This document shows, piece after piece, positions 6,025 to 16,400 of a stretch of DNA of 41,081 nucleotides (positions are counted from its first letter, which is position 1; each line of letters begins with the position of its first letter). Below the pieces are notes generated by a model. That model searched no databases and was not told where the DNA came from. It saw nothing but the letters and a program-made list of their open reading frames with translations. The stretch spans positions 1-41,081 of the IMG/VR virus record IMGVR_UViG_3300048998_000206; one strand, 5' to 3'. Source of the stretch: a virus. Lineage: Duplodnaviria; Caudoviricetes. The position numbers and the translations under genes were made by a program.

Positions 6025-8642
6025 GCGGTGCCTTCCTCTCGCCGTTCCGACGGCGTGCCAATGCTGCTCTTGTCCTTGACGCTGCCGAATTGCGGCTTCG
6101 CCTGATCGGGCGTGGGCTCGTAGGCGTACTGCGCCTGCAGCGTGCTCATCACGTGCGGCGCCATCGCCGGATCGACCGGCACGCCCGTCAGCAGCGAGAG
6201 CGCGACCCGGCGGCCGACCGGCAGCTTGGCGCGTAGCGGCGCGTACTGCACCATCACGCCGCGGGTCCAGTCGGCGAGCATCTCGGGGTAGACCGCGGCG
6301 AGCGCGCGAACCTCCTCGGGAACGACGACGCCATGCGCGGCGCGTTCGAGCACGCCCGCCGGGTCCTCGAGCGCAGCCGCGGCGCGGGCGAACTCGCGCA
6401 TCTGCATGTCCGACGGGTGCCAGTCGTCGGGCCCGAGCGGCGCCCCGCCGATGTCAGGCCGCCGCGGCATGATGCTCGACAGGTACTCGATGCGCCGCGT
6501 GGCGATCGTCTCGATGCGGTCGGCGAGGATCGGATTCGACGGACGGATCGCGGTCAGCTGCGCGGCCAGCGCCTGCCGAGCGTCCATCCTCAGCCGCGGG
6601 GTACCAGTCGCGTCGTACGCCGTCATCGACCGGATCTCGGTGGTGCGGTCCTCGTAGGCGTGGAGCAACCTCTCGCTGTCGTTCTTGGGCTTGGCGCGCG
6701 GCATCCGGGCGTTGGCTTCGCTGGAGCGCGCGCCGTGCACCATGTCGGGCGGCGCGTACCGCAGGTCGCTCAGCACCTTGGTCGCGGCGAGCGGTCCGTA
6801 CACCTCGCTGACCTTCGCGGCCTTCGCGGCCGGCCCGAGAAAGGCCGACGTCGCCTCGCCCATCCGACGCCCCACCTTCGCGGTGACATCGCCAAGGATG
6901 CCCTTGGCCTTGCCGCCGAGCTCGATCGCCGCGGCGAGCGGCCCGCTGAACGGGATGGCCTTGATGATCTTCTCGACCACCGCCGGCTCCTTGGGAGCCT
7001 TCGCGGCCTCGAGCGCGCCATCGATCAGCCCGAGCCGCGGCGACGCCGGATCAGCGCGCAGCTTCTTGATCTGCTGCATCAGCTGATCGTTGCGATCGAG
7101 CGTGTCGCGCGCGGCGTCGAGTAGACGAAACCTCTTCGGTGGCACGAACTCGGGCACGTACTCGACGGGCTGCGGCGCGAACGCGCCGAGCTTGCGCTCG
7201 ACCGTGCGCTCGACCGCGAGGTCGATGCCGGCCGGGGTCAGCGCCTTCGGGTTCTCGCCCTTGATCCTGCCGGCGAGCAAGTCTTGTCGGATGCGCTCGC
7301 GGGCCGCGTCGTAGTCGGCGCGCTGCGCAGCAAGCGTCGCCTCGCTCGCGGGGACCGCCTTGATCGCCGCGGCGCCGTAGCGGCGCGAGATCTCGCGCTC
7401 GACAGCGAGGTCGAGCCCGGACTTGGTCAGGCCGCCGCCGTTGTAGCCCTCGACCTTGCCGTCGAGGATCTCCTGCCTGATCCGCGCCGGCGCCTCGTCG
7501 AACTGCCGGCGCAGCCCGGCGAGCTCGGACTCGCCGGCGGTGAGCAGCTTCTTGTACGCCTGGCTCTGGCGCTGCAGCGCATCGAGCGCGCGCTCCGGTG
7601 ACTCTACGAGCCCGGCTTGGTTCTCGAGGAGCGCGCGGATCTTGATGTCGGCCCTGAGTGACTCCTTGCCCGCTTTGCGCAAGTCGAACGTCTCGGCCTT
7701 CCTGAACAGCAGCCAAGGCTGAGTCTTCTCGTCGAGCTGTCGCGAGGTGGAGAGGTCGGCGACGAAGTCATCTCGCGCCGGCGCCTGGGCGGCTCGGATG
7801 GCGTCGAGCTCGGCCTTGCGCGCGGTCTGCAGCTGGCCAACCGACATGTCCCGCAGCTCGGGCGCTCCGTCGACCAGCGCATCCTCCGCCGCGCCGCGGG
7901 CGAGCGCGCTGTCAATCGCTGCCTTGCCCCGCGCGAGCCCGCGGCCGACTAGCCCGGCGCCCGCGCCTAGCCCGGCGCCCGCGCCCGCGCCGAACAGCAC
8001 GTTGCTGCCGATCGTCGATGCGGCGTGCTCCCAGGTAAGCGGATCGTCCTCGAGGGCAAGATCGGAGACACCGGCGCCGGCGCCGAACACCGCGCCCTCC
8101 CCGGCGCCGCGACCAATCGAGGCCGCCAAGCTCTGCCCGCCCGCGGCTGCGGCGTCCGCGGCGCCAGCTCCGAGTACTGCAGCGCCCCTCTCGGCGGCAG
8201 CCGTTCCCGCTGCGTCTGCCGCCGCGACGCCACCACCGAGGCCGCCGGTCGCGGCGGTAAGCGCGAGGGTGCCGGCGAAGTCGGCGGCGCGCGACACGTC
8301 CGGGTTCTCCTCGCGGTACTGGCGCAGGTCGAAGCCAGAGTCGGAGCCCCCGAGAGCGCGGAGCAGCGCGTCGCTGCCGCCCAACGTGAGGCCGCGCGAG
8401 AAGCCGGTCACCCCGGCGGTGGCCGCGCCGATAGCCCCACCGTAGTCGGCGGTCCGCGCAGCGCCGGCGATGTGGCCGAGCCGCTCGTCCTCGGACGGGA
8501 CCCGCCATCCCTGCTGCAGCGCGGACGGCACAGCCTCGGCCGGCACGTCGTGCGTCGCACCGCCCGGATCGACGAGCGTGGTGGATGGCAGCGGCGGCGC
8601 CGCCGGCGGTGCGCCGGCAACCGGATCATCAGGGCCGGCCAT
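6021..8642 (-). CDS. Internal virion/ejection protein (873 aa)
   Basis: Gly/Ala-rich hydrophobic N-terminal helices and a helical C-terminus; position after the nozzle is typical of podovirus ejection proteins; internal ~47-aa repeat. Confidence 0.7.
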   Translation of the reverse strand: MAGPDDPVAGAPPAAPPLPSTTLVDPGGATHDVPAEAVPSALQQGWRVPSEDERLGHIAGAARTADYGGAIGAATAGVTGFSRGLTLGGSDALLRALGGSDSGFDLRQYREENPDVSRAADFAGTLALTAATGGLGGGVAAADAAGTAAAERGAAVLGAGAADAAAAGGQSLAASIGRGAGEGAVFGAGAGVSDLALEDDPLTWEHAASTIGSNVLFGAGAGAGLGAGAGLVGRGLARGKAAIDSALARGAAEDALVDGAPELRDMSVGQLQTARKAELDAIRAAQAPARDDFVADLSTSRQLDEKTQPWLLFRKAETFDLRKAGKESLRADIKIRALLENQAGLVESPERALDALQRQSQAYKKLLTAGESELAGLRRQFDEAPARIRQEILDGKVEGYNGGGLTKSGLDLAVEREISRRYGAAAIKAVPASEATLAAQRADYDAARERIRQDLLAGRIKGENPKALTPAGIDLAVERTVERKLGAFAPQPVEYVPEFVPPKRFRLLDAARDTLDRNDQLMQQIKKLRADPASPRLGLIDGALEAAKAPKEPAVVEKIIKAIPFSGPLAAAIELGGKAKGILGDVTAKVGRRMGEATSAFLGPAAKAAKVSEVYGPLAATKVLSDLRYAPPDMVHGARSSEANARMPRAKPKNDSERLLHAYEDRTTEIRSMTAYDATGTPRLRMDARQALAAQLTAIRPSNPILADRIETIATRRIEYLSSIMPRRPDIGGAPLGPDDWHPSDMQMREFARAAAALEDPAGVLERAAHGVVVPEEVRALAAVYPEMLADWTRGVMVQYAPLRAKLPVGRRVALSLLTGVPVDPAMAPHVMSTLQAQYAYEPTPDQAKPQFGSVKDKSSIGTPSERREEGTA

Positions 8643-11482
8643 CAGCGCTTGCCCTTCGGCGGCGGGATGGTCTCGTATGCGGCAGAGCTCGTCACCGGAC
8701 CGCCACCAGCGGTGGTATCGGGGATCGAGCCGGTGGCCGCGTCCTCGAGCGCTTGCTTCGCGAGTCCGCGCAGCCGCCCGGTGTGGGCGTCGGTGGAGAC
8801 CTTCTCGAGCAGCTTGCGCGCCTTGTCCGCGGCGGCATCATCGCCGCGCGCGGCCTGCCCCAGTTCAGCGATCCGCCGCTGCTGCCCGATGGTCGCGTTG
8901 GGATCGAACCGCGCAGCGACGTCGTTGATCAGCTGGCGCTGGCCGAGGCTCAGCTCGATGTTGCTCTTGACGCGCTTCGGATCGGACTCGTTGATGTCGT
9001 AGCCGAGCACGTCGCCGTTCGGGCTGGGCTTGTACGACAGGTTGGCGGTGCGCAAGCGCTCGTCGGTGAGCGGCAGATCCTCGAACGTCTGCCGCTCCTC
9101 GGGCGACATGCCGATGGTCTGCCGCCGATATTCCTCGAGGACATCGCGCTTGAACGCAGCGTCCTCGTCGCCGACACCGGCCGGCTTCTTGAGCAGGTCC
9201 TCGTCGCGAATATCCTGGTCGGTCGGCTTCGCCGCGGGTGCGCTGTACGGGTTCGCGAACGAGATGGCCGGGCCGGTGTACTTCGCGATCCGCAGCGTCT
9301 TGTTGAGCTCGGTCGAGGTGCGCTGCAGCGCCTCCTTCAGGCCAGCCGCCTTGTCGCGGAACGAGGACACGTCCTCGGCGCCGGCCGCGGCCACCAGCTT
9401 GTTCATGTCCTCGTCGGAGGACATGCCCTGCGTTCCCGACTTCTGCAGGATCGTCAGCCGGTTCTGCAGCACCTTCAGCCGCTGCGACTCGTCGCTGTTG
9501 AACACGCCGCTCTCGCCGCCGACCTTCCCCCTGATGTCCAAGATCTCGTTGATGATGTCCGAGACCTCGCTCGCTGCGAGGTACTTGTCGCTGATCACCT
9601 TGTGCTCGCCTTGGTCGGCGACACGCCACGGCTCGCCGTTGTCGTTGGTGAGCGGCTTGTACTCGAGCTGCGGCTGGCCGTCGGGCCCGGCGATCGGGCG
9701 GCCGCTCTTGTCGGTCGCGAGCCGCGGCGTGACCGAGCCGATCGTGAACTGCCGGTCGCGGTCGGCTTGGCGATCCGACTCCTGTTTGGCCTGCTGCTGC
9801 AGCTCGCCGCCGGTCTTTTGGTTGGTGAGCCACTTGCCGTAGTCGGCGTTCGACATCGCGATCGGTGGCACCGGCTGGCCGGGGTTGATGGCCGAGAGCT
9901 GCTGCGGCGACCACACCTGGTTGTCGGTTTTCTGCTTGTTCGCGTCGAGGCCGAGCCGCGCCTCGGCGATACCTTCCTCGCGGCGCTGGTGCGTGATCGA
10001 CGAGTTAGCCGTGGCCTTCTCGCGCGCCTCCTTACGCTGCTCGAGGTCCTCCTTCACGCTCTGCTCGCGGATCTTCTCGACGTGCTCGGCGGCCTTGCCG
10101 CGCAGGTCGTTGATCGACGTCGCGTAGCTGATGAAGCTGGTGCCGCGCGGGTCGAAGTTCTGTTGCTCGGTCTCGAGCCGGCGCGTCACCGCTTCGTACG
10201 TCGCCAGGCGCACCTTCTCGGTCGCCTCGAACAGGTTGCCGTTGCGCTTGAACTCCTCGGCCACGGCGTTCTGCCGAATGCCGAGCGCGTGATTGCCGTT
10301 CTCGATGTCCTGTTTTTGCGCGTCGATGTCCTTATCGATCTCCTTCTGCACCAGGTCCATACCGATGTTGCGCGCACCCGGCCCCGATCGCGCCTGAACC
10401 AGGCCGCCGGCCACCGCGAGCGCGATGTCGAGCAGGCGGCGTCCGGCCGACCGCGTCGACAAGTACCGATTCGGATCGGTCTTGGTCGTGGCCATCTTGA
10501 TGGCGTCGGCCACGATGCGATTCGACTTCGCCTGCGCCGCCGCATTGGCCGCGGCGAAGTCGGTCTGGTCTTGCTTGAGCTGGCGCAGGTTCTCCGCGTC
10601 GGCCTCTGCCGAGCGATGAAGCAGCTGGTTGCGCTGCCGCACATCGAGCAGCCGCTTCTGCTCGAGGATGGCCTGCGGCGTTGCGTTCTGAGCCCACTGC
10701 GACGCCTGGGGGTCCGTCATCCCGGCTACCGCGCCGAGCGACTGCCCGTACTCGTCGGTCGGCGGCAGCGCGCCCACGCTGCGCGGCGGGCCGTCGATCG
10801 ACATCGTCAGCCCGGGCGTGTTGATCACGCCCGGCGCTGTCCCTCCGCTGATGGCGTCCGCCGACGACGGCCCGGGGGGTGGTGGAAATGGCGCGCTCGG
10901 CGATGGACCGGCACCAGCAGGAATCCCGACCGGTGCCCCAGGCGATCCATCGACCGGCGCGCCGGGGAGACTAGGACTGGGCGCGCCGGGAGGCAACCCA
11001 TCGGGCGACTGGACGTCGCTCACGAGCGCGGGGATCGGCGAGAACCCTGGCGCCGATGCCGGCGGTGCGCTCGGCATGGGGACCGGTGGAGCTGCCGCAG
11101 CTGGCGATCCTCCGCCCGGCGTCGCCGCGGCCGGGCTGAGCAGATGCTGGAGCTGCTGCAGCTTCGCGAGATCGGGCGACTTGCTCGTCGCCGCGGCAAT
11201 CGCCAGCGGATCGCCGGAGTCGACCGCTTTCTTGATCGCGCCCAGCTGGGCGAGGTCGGACACGACCGGGGTCGACGGCTTCGCCGCCGCGGCAGCCGGC
11301 GGAACCCCCGCCGTCATCGCGTCGGCGGCGGTCGGGGCCGCGCCGCTCGAGGCGGGGGTGTCCACCGCGGCGTCGCCGCTGCTCACCGCGTCGGGCACAG
11401 GCACATCGTCGCCAAGCATCGAGCTCGACAGCCGGCTGAGCGGCAGCACGTTGAGGGCGTCGTCGTCGGTCGTGTCGGCCAT
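8642..11482 (-). CDS. Internal virion/ejection protein (946 aa) with Pro/Ala/Gly-rich N-terminus
   Basis: Low-complexity N-terminus, a short hydrophobic segment (IALAVAGGLV) and long coiled-coil-like regions; synteny. Confidence 0.7.
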   Translation of the reverse strand: MADTTDDDALNVLPLSRLSSSMLGDDVPVPDAVSSGDAAVDTPASSGAAPTAADAMTAGVPPAAAAAKPSTPVVSDLAQLGAIKKAVDSGDPLAIAAATSKSPDLAKLQQLQHLLSPAAATPGGGSPAAAAPPVPMPSAPPASAPGFSPIPALVSDVQSPDGLPPGAPSPSLPGAPVDGSPGAPVGIPAGAGPSPSAPFPPPPGPSSADAISGGTAPGVINTPGLTMSIDGPPRSVGALPPTDEYGQSLGAVAGMTDPQASQWAQNATPQAILEQKRLLDVRQRNQLLHRSAEADAENLRQLKQDQTDFAAANAAAQAKSNRIVADAIKMATTKTDPNRYLSTRSAGRRLLDIALAVAGGLVQARSGPGARNIGMDLVQKEIDKDIDAQKQDIENGNHALGIRQNAVAEEFKRNGNLFEATEKVRLATYEAVTRRLETEQQNFDPRGTSFISYATSINDLRGKAAEHVEKIREQSVKEDLEQRKEAREKATANSSITHQRREEGIAEARLGLDANKQKTDNQVWSPQQLSAINPGQPVPPIAMSNADYGKWLTNQKTGGELQQQAKQESDRQADRDRQFTIGSVTPRLATDKSGRPIAGPDGQPQLEYKPLTNDNGEPWRVADQGEHKVISDKYLAASEVSDIINEILDIRGKVGGESGVFNSDESQRLKVLQNRLTILQKSGTQGMSSDEDMNKLVAAAGAEDVSSFRDKAAGLKEALQRTSTELNKTLRIAKYTGPAISFANPYSAPAAKPTDQDIRDEDLLKKPAGVGDEDAAFKRDVLEEYRRQTIGMSPEERQTFEDLPLTDERLRTANLSYKPSPNGDVLGYDINESDPKRVKSNIELSLGQRQLINDVAARFDPNATIGQQRRIAELGQAARGDDAAADKARKLLEKVSTDAHTGRLRGLAKQALEDAATGSIPDTTAGGGPVTSSAAYETIPPPKGKR

Positions 11483-11484
11483 GA

Positions 11485-12588
11485 CTACTTATCGCCCGCC
11501 TCGGCCGGTGGGGGAAGCTTCGTCGGATCCACGTAGGGCGCGCCGAGCTGCGCCGCTACCGGACCAGCCGTCGGTGACCGCGGCTTCTCGATGATGCCTC
11601 GCTCGTCGGAGACGATATCGCCCTTCGGCGACACGAGCACGTCACCGTGCCAGCTCGGCGCGCCCGGCTGCGCGTAGATGCTCTCGTCCGAGAACGTGCG
11701 GTGCATCGGCGTCTTCCACGTGTCCGGGTAGTGGGTCGTTCCGTCGGGCGCGGCCGCGGTAGTAGCCCGCGGATCGCCCGAGCGCAGCGCCTTCCAGTAG
11801 CCGCGCATATCGTAGTCGTCGTCGGGCGCGTCGCGAAACGGCGCCTTGCTCACGCCCACCCACTGATGGAACTCGCGCTCCTCGTTGGGATTGAGCGGCG
11901 TCTTGTAGGGGTGGGCCGCGCGATCGACGATCGCCGGCAGCGTGTTGGGCGGCGGCGGAGGGATCGCGTACTTGCTGTCCGTGTTCCGCGCGAACGTCGG
12001 CGAATGCGGCGTCTCCCAGTGGGAGAGAGGGAGCTTCGACTCTGGTCCTGCAGCGCCCGGGCGCTGCGTCGCATTCCACCATCCGGGGTAGTCGAATGAT
12101 GGCCGATCCGGATCGTCTTCATTCTCGCCCAGGTCGGGATGCTTCTCGTTGAACTCGTCGTAGAGGCCGCGTTCGTCGGCGCTCAGGTCGGTCTGATACG
12201 GATTCGCCGCTCGCTCCGTCAGCTGTCGCGTCGTCGGAAGGTCGTCGTCGGACCACGGCCCCGGCCCTTTCGGCGGAGACCACGCCGGCGCCGGGTGCCA
12301 CCACTTGTCGTCCGGGGCATTGTGGAGATGGCCGTCCGTGAGGTCGATGACGTCGTAATCGCTGTCGTTGTCCCAGAACGCCTGAGGGTGTTCGGACTCC
12401 TGACGCTTCCCCTGCGCGAGTATCCGCTCGCGAAACGTCGTGCGCTCGCGCGTCGGATCGACGACCCAGTACTTGTTGCTGTCCTGTGGGAGGTGGTCGC
12501 TGTCGCTGTCCTCGAGCTCGGCACGATCGCGCGAGTCCTTGTCCTGCTCGGCAAGCACGCGCTTCGCGAATGACGTCTTCGGCGCCAT
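11485..12588 (-). CDS. Uncharacterised protein in the ejection cluster with two copies of an ~80-aa domain (367 aa)
   Basis: ATG at 12588 directly after the upstream stop; repeated PYxTxL...D(Y/M)xG(W/Y)W...(W)xTPxxxTF...SxYA. Confidence 0.75.
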   Translation of the reverse strand: MAPKTSFAKRVLAEQDKDSRDRAELEDSDSDHLPQDSNKYWVVDPTRERTTFRERILAQGKRQESEHPQAFWDNDSDYDVIDLTDGHLHNAPDDKWWHPAPAWSPPKGPGPWSDDDLPTTRQLTERAANPYQTDLSADERGLYDEFNEKHPDLGENEDDPDRPSFDYPGWWNATQRPGAAGPESKLPLSHWETPHSPTFARNTDSKYAIPPPPPNTLPAIVDRAAHPYKTPLNPNEEREFHQWVGVSKAPFRDAPDDDYDMRGYWKALRSGDPRATTAAAPDGTTHYPDTWKTPMHRTFSDESIYAQPGAPSWHGDVLVSPKGDIVSDERGIIEKPRSPTAGPVAAQLGAPYVDPTKLPPPAEAGDK

Positions 12589-12590
12589 GG

Positions 12591-13472
12591 TCAGCTCCGA
12601 TCTTCGAGCACCTTGATCCGCTTGTGCAGCGCCGCGATCATCGCGGTGTTCCCGGCGGCGAGTTTGGCGCCGTTCACGATCTTGCCGGCGGGCGTGTCCG
12701 TCACCGCGCTCTTGAGCCCGGCCCGCTCGAGGTCCTGCGCCATCACCCCGAACTGTTCGCCCTTGCCGAATCGATCCTCGTCCTTGTAGCGGTACTTGTA
12801 AGCGCGCAGCCCATCGAGCATGTCGTTGGCCTCGTCGTCCGCCGGCCGGACATCGGTCTTGAGCTTGCGATCGCTCGCAACCGAGGCACCGCCGATGATG
12901 GCGCCGCCGTACTTCTGGAGCCACGACTGCTCGGGCGCGCCCGCCTCCTGCGATCCGTAGCCCTGGATCGCCTGCCCGCGCGCGCCCTGCGCCGCCGACA
13001 GCGCCTGGCCGCCGTAGGTGCCGAGCGCGTTCGCGAGGCTGCTCTGCGCCTGCTGGCGCTCCTGTAGCCCGGCGACCGCCTGCTGGCCGGCCAGCCCGGC
13101 GCCGAGACGACCCGCCTGGATCGCCGCGGTGCGCGCCGCGCCGGCGGCGTTCGGCGTGCCCCCGGCGCCCGCCGCCATCGACATCTGTTGCGCCTGGTTC
13201 GCCGCGGTCGCTTGGCGCAGCTGCTCGGCGCTCACCGAGTTCTGCCCGTTCGCGACCCGCTGCAGGGCGTTGACGTTGTTCGCCTGCGAGCGCTGCAGCG
13301 CGCCGAACTGCGATTGCTGCTGCTGCGCGAAGTCGCCAGCGGCTGCGGCCTGGCCGTAGAGCTGGCTCTTGCGCTGCTTCTCGGCGTCGGTGCCTGGATC
13401 GGCGGTGACGGTGTCCCACCCCTTCGAGAGAGCGCCCGTGATGCCGTTACCGATGCTGCTCCAGAATCCCAT
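12591..13472 (-). CDS. Pilot/ejection-like protein with C-terminal peptidase S74 (intramolecular chaperone autocleavage) domain (293 aa)
   Basis: Ala/Gln/Gly-rich body; SDRKLKTDV, YKYRYK, GVMAQDLE and a terminal coiled coil. Confidence 0.85.
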   Translation of the reverse strand: MGFWSSIGNGITGALSKGWDTVTADPGTDAEKQRKSQLYGQAAAAGDFAQQQQSQFGALQRSQANNVNALQRVANGQNSVSAEQLRQATAANQAQQMSMAAGAGGTPNAAGAARTAAIQAGRLGAGLAGQQAVAGLQERQQAQSSLANALGTYGGQALSAAQGARGQAIQGYGSQEAGAPEQSWLQKYGGAIIGGASVASDRKLKTDVRPADDEANDMLDGLRAYKYRYKDEDRFGKGEQFGVMAQDLERAGLKSAVTDTPAGKIVNGAKLAAGNTAMIAALHKRIKVLEDRS

Positions 13473-13474
13473 GA

Positions 13475-16400
13475 CTATTGCTCCTGTGCCGGCGGCAGCC
13501 GGCGGTAGATGCCTGGCTCGAGGCCGACCTCGACACCGAGGCCGGTGAGCCGCAGCGCCTCGCCCGTCGGCACACCATACACGCCGCCGTCGAAGCCGCC
13601 GCCGCGCTGATCGCCGGCGAGCGTGACCACGTCGAGCGTCTTGCCCGGCGCCGGATCGCCCGAGTCCAAGATCACCAGATCGGAGCTGAGCCCGGCCACG
13701 ATAGCCGCCTCGAGCGCGCCGACCGTGATCGGCGCCGCGGGGTCGCAGGTCACGTGGACGCCGACGACGTTGCGCGCGGCCAGCCACCGGTTCGCGACCG
13801 GTACCCACGCCATGTGCTCGCGCACCTCGACAACCGGATCCGAGCCCGGCGCGCCGGCGTCGAAGTAGAGCAGCAGCGCGATCCGGTTTCCGTTGTCCCC
13901 GATCACCCCGGTGATCCATTGCGCCGCCCACGGCGCGCCGGAGGTCAGCACCGGCTGGCTGAGCGTGCTCATGTCGAGCGCGGCCGACGACTGTCCTTGC
14001 GGGCCGATGGCCGTGAGCCGGACCCGCATCGCCTGACACCGGCGCCGGGCCGTGTCGTGCCGCAGCTGCAGCGTGCGCGGCACCGCGCCATCGCCGGACC
14101 ACCACGTTCGATCGTCGACCACATCCTCGATGTAGTCGTACGAGATCCGGACGCGCAGCCCGGCGCCGTACTGGCCGCCGACGCGGACCTCGCCGAGCGG
14201 CTGGACGGTGCGAACTAAGCCGCGCCCCTGGCCGCCGGGCGCGCGGTCGTTCTGCGCGTCGGCCGTCATGTTGGCCGGCTTGAGCCACGCCACCTGGACG
14301 TCCATGCCGTAGTCGACGCCGTCGTACGTCGCGAGCTGCATCCGGGTCCCCGCGCTGGTCGCGACCACGTGCGTCCCGCGGTACATGCACGCCGTCACCC
14401 CACCGACCACGCTCCACGTCCCCCACTGGTTCGCGTCGTAGTCCCACATGATCACGCGCGCGGCGGTGAGCACCCGTACCTGGAACTGCGTCTCGACGAC
14501 GTCGATCGCGAGCACGTCCTCTACGTCGTAGTCGCTGACCATCTTGCTGATGTCGGTGATCGCACCGTTGCTGCCGAGCACCTGCCATCCTTTGCGCGAC
14601 TTGAAGATGACGCCGCCGGCGAACAGCGCGACCGACTCGTCGGACACCGCGCCGACGTCGGTGGATACGACGGTGGCCGGGCCGTAGTTCTGGCCGACGC
14701 CCTCGTTGTTGAGGCCGACGCCGCCGAGCCGGTAGATCGACGTGGTCCGGAACACGTATATGTACTCCTCGAACACTCGGACCGCGGTGATGGCGCCGCC
14801 GGTCCGCGGCACGTCCATCGTGAGGGTGTCGTGGAACGCGGCGATCGTCCCGTCGACCCGCAGCTTGCTGTACCAGACCCGGTCCGGGTCGCCGGCGATG
14901 CCCGCGAGGAACACCCGGGTGTCCGTCGACGTGATGAGGGTCGCTGCTGGCGGGACGAGGTCCTCGAGCACGAGCCCGTTCTCGGGGTTCGCCTCCTGCA
15001 GGCGCAGCGTCGTATCCGGCATCTCGTCGCGCCACGCCGGCGACGGCTCGAACGAGCCCGCGGCGTTGTTCGCGATGTACTTGTTCGGGTTCGTCAGGCT
15101 CGTCGGGTTCGGGTTGGTCGCGAGGAAGAACGGCTCATCGGCGTCGCCGTTGACCTCGGTCCGCCAGATCTCAGCCGCGATCGCGCCGTCGGTCATCGTC
15201 TTGTGCGTCGCGTTGAGCGGCGCGAGCTGGCCCGTCGTGAACCCCGCCGGCCCGGCAGACATCGTCGCGGTGCCGATCGTCGCGGTCGTGGACCGCTCGG
15301 CCTCGCCCTTCGCGTTCGTCCATCGCCACGTCACCTTGTAGGCGTAGGTGCCGTTCGCCACGTTGCCCGTTCCGGCCTTGAGCACGTCGAACGACCACGG
15401 GTAGAAATGGAACCCGACCTCGGTGATCCGCACGCCGTCGTACTGCAGGATCTCGCCGGCGGCGATGTACAGCGTCCGGCCGAGCCGCGCGCAGCGGCGC
15501 GCCGTGTTCGAGTCGAACACGAACGTGATGTCGTGCGGCGTCCGCGCGGTGAACATGGAGCTGCCGTTGTTGAGCACGATGCGGCGCCGCGCGGTTCCGA
15601 TCCACGAGTAGGTCCGCGGCCCGGTGAGCGCCACGCCGGGCAGGAGTCCGATGTTCGGCCGCAGCCCGCCGCCGATGTCGTAGGCGGCCTTGGCCGCGAT
15701 GAACCCGTCGTCGCGGTACAGCATGTACGCGTTCTGCGCCTGCGAGACGCTCGCGAGCGCGACGTCACCCGCGAACACGGACAGCTGGCCGAACGTCATC
15801 CACACGAACACCGATCCGTTGTCGTCGAACGCGCGCGACCCGACGCCGAGTCCGTTCACGATCACCGACTGCGCGCCGATCGTGTTCGCCGTGTCGGCCC
15901 AGTTCGTCTTGGTCTGGAACAGCACGCCGAAGTTCGGATCCTCGGCGGCCGACCAGAACACGTAACAGCGGTACCCGGACCCGTTGATCACGCTGCGGTG
16001 CGCGGCCGCGATCTGGTTGACCGGCGTCGCGTTGGCGGTGCCGATCGCCTGGGCGGTGAACACGTCGGCGAACGTCGCCGTGGTGAGCAGGTCGCCTTGG
16101 ATGTTGGTCGAGCTCGCGCGAACGATCTGCAGCTTGGAGCCGTCGGGGATGGTCGACACGGCGACCGGCCCGTCGGCCGTCCTCGCCTTGACGGTCGTCG
16201 TGACCGCGAGCGCGGACGTCACCGCGAACACGGTGTGGCTGGTGGTGGTCGTGTTGCGGCATGCCCCCACGCAGAGGTCCTGGCTGCCGGCCCGGACCAC
16301 ATCGTAGTAGGCGTTGAATACGCTCGTTACCAGCGTGGCGATCGACGCAATGCCCGCCGCCGGCGCCGCCGGATCGATCGCGCGGACACCGAGCACGCCG

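Noticed and set aside
11485-15035. Track ORFs of 644 aa and 814 aa suggesting extensive same-strand overlapping genes
   Set aside because: The N-terminal extensions are out-of-frame read-through of upstream genes. The plausible starts are 12588 and 13472, right after the upstream stops.
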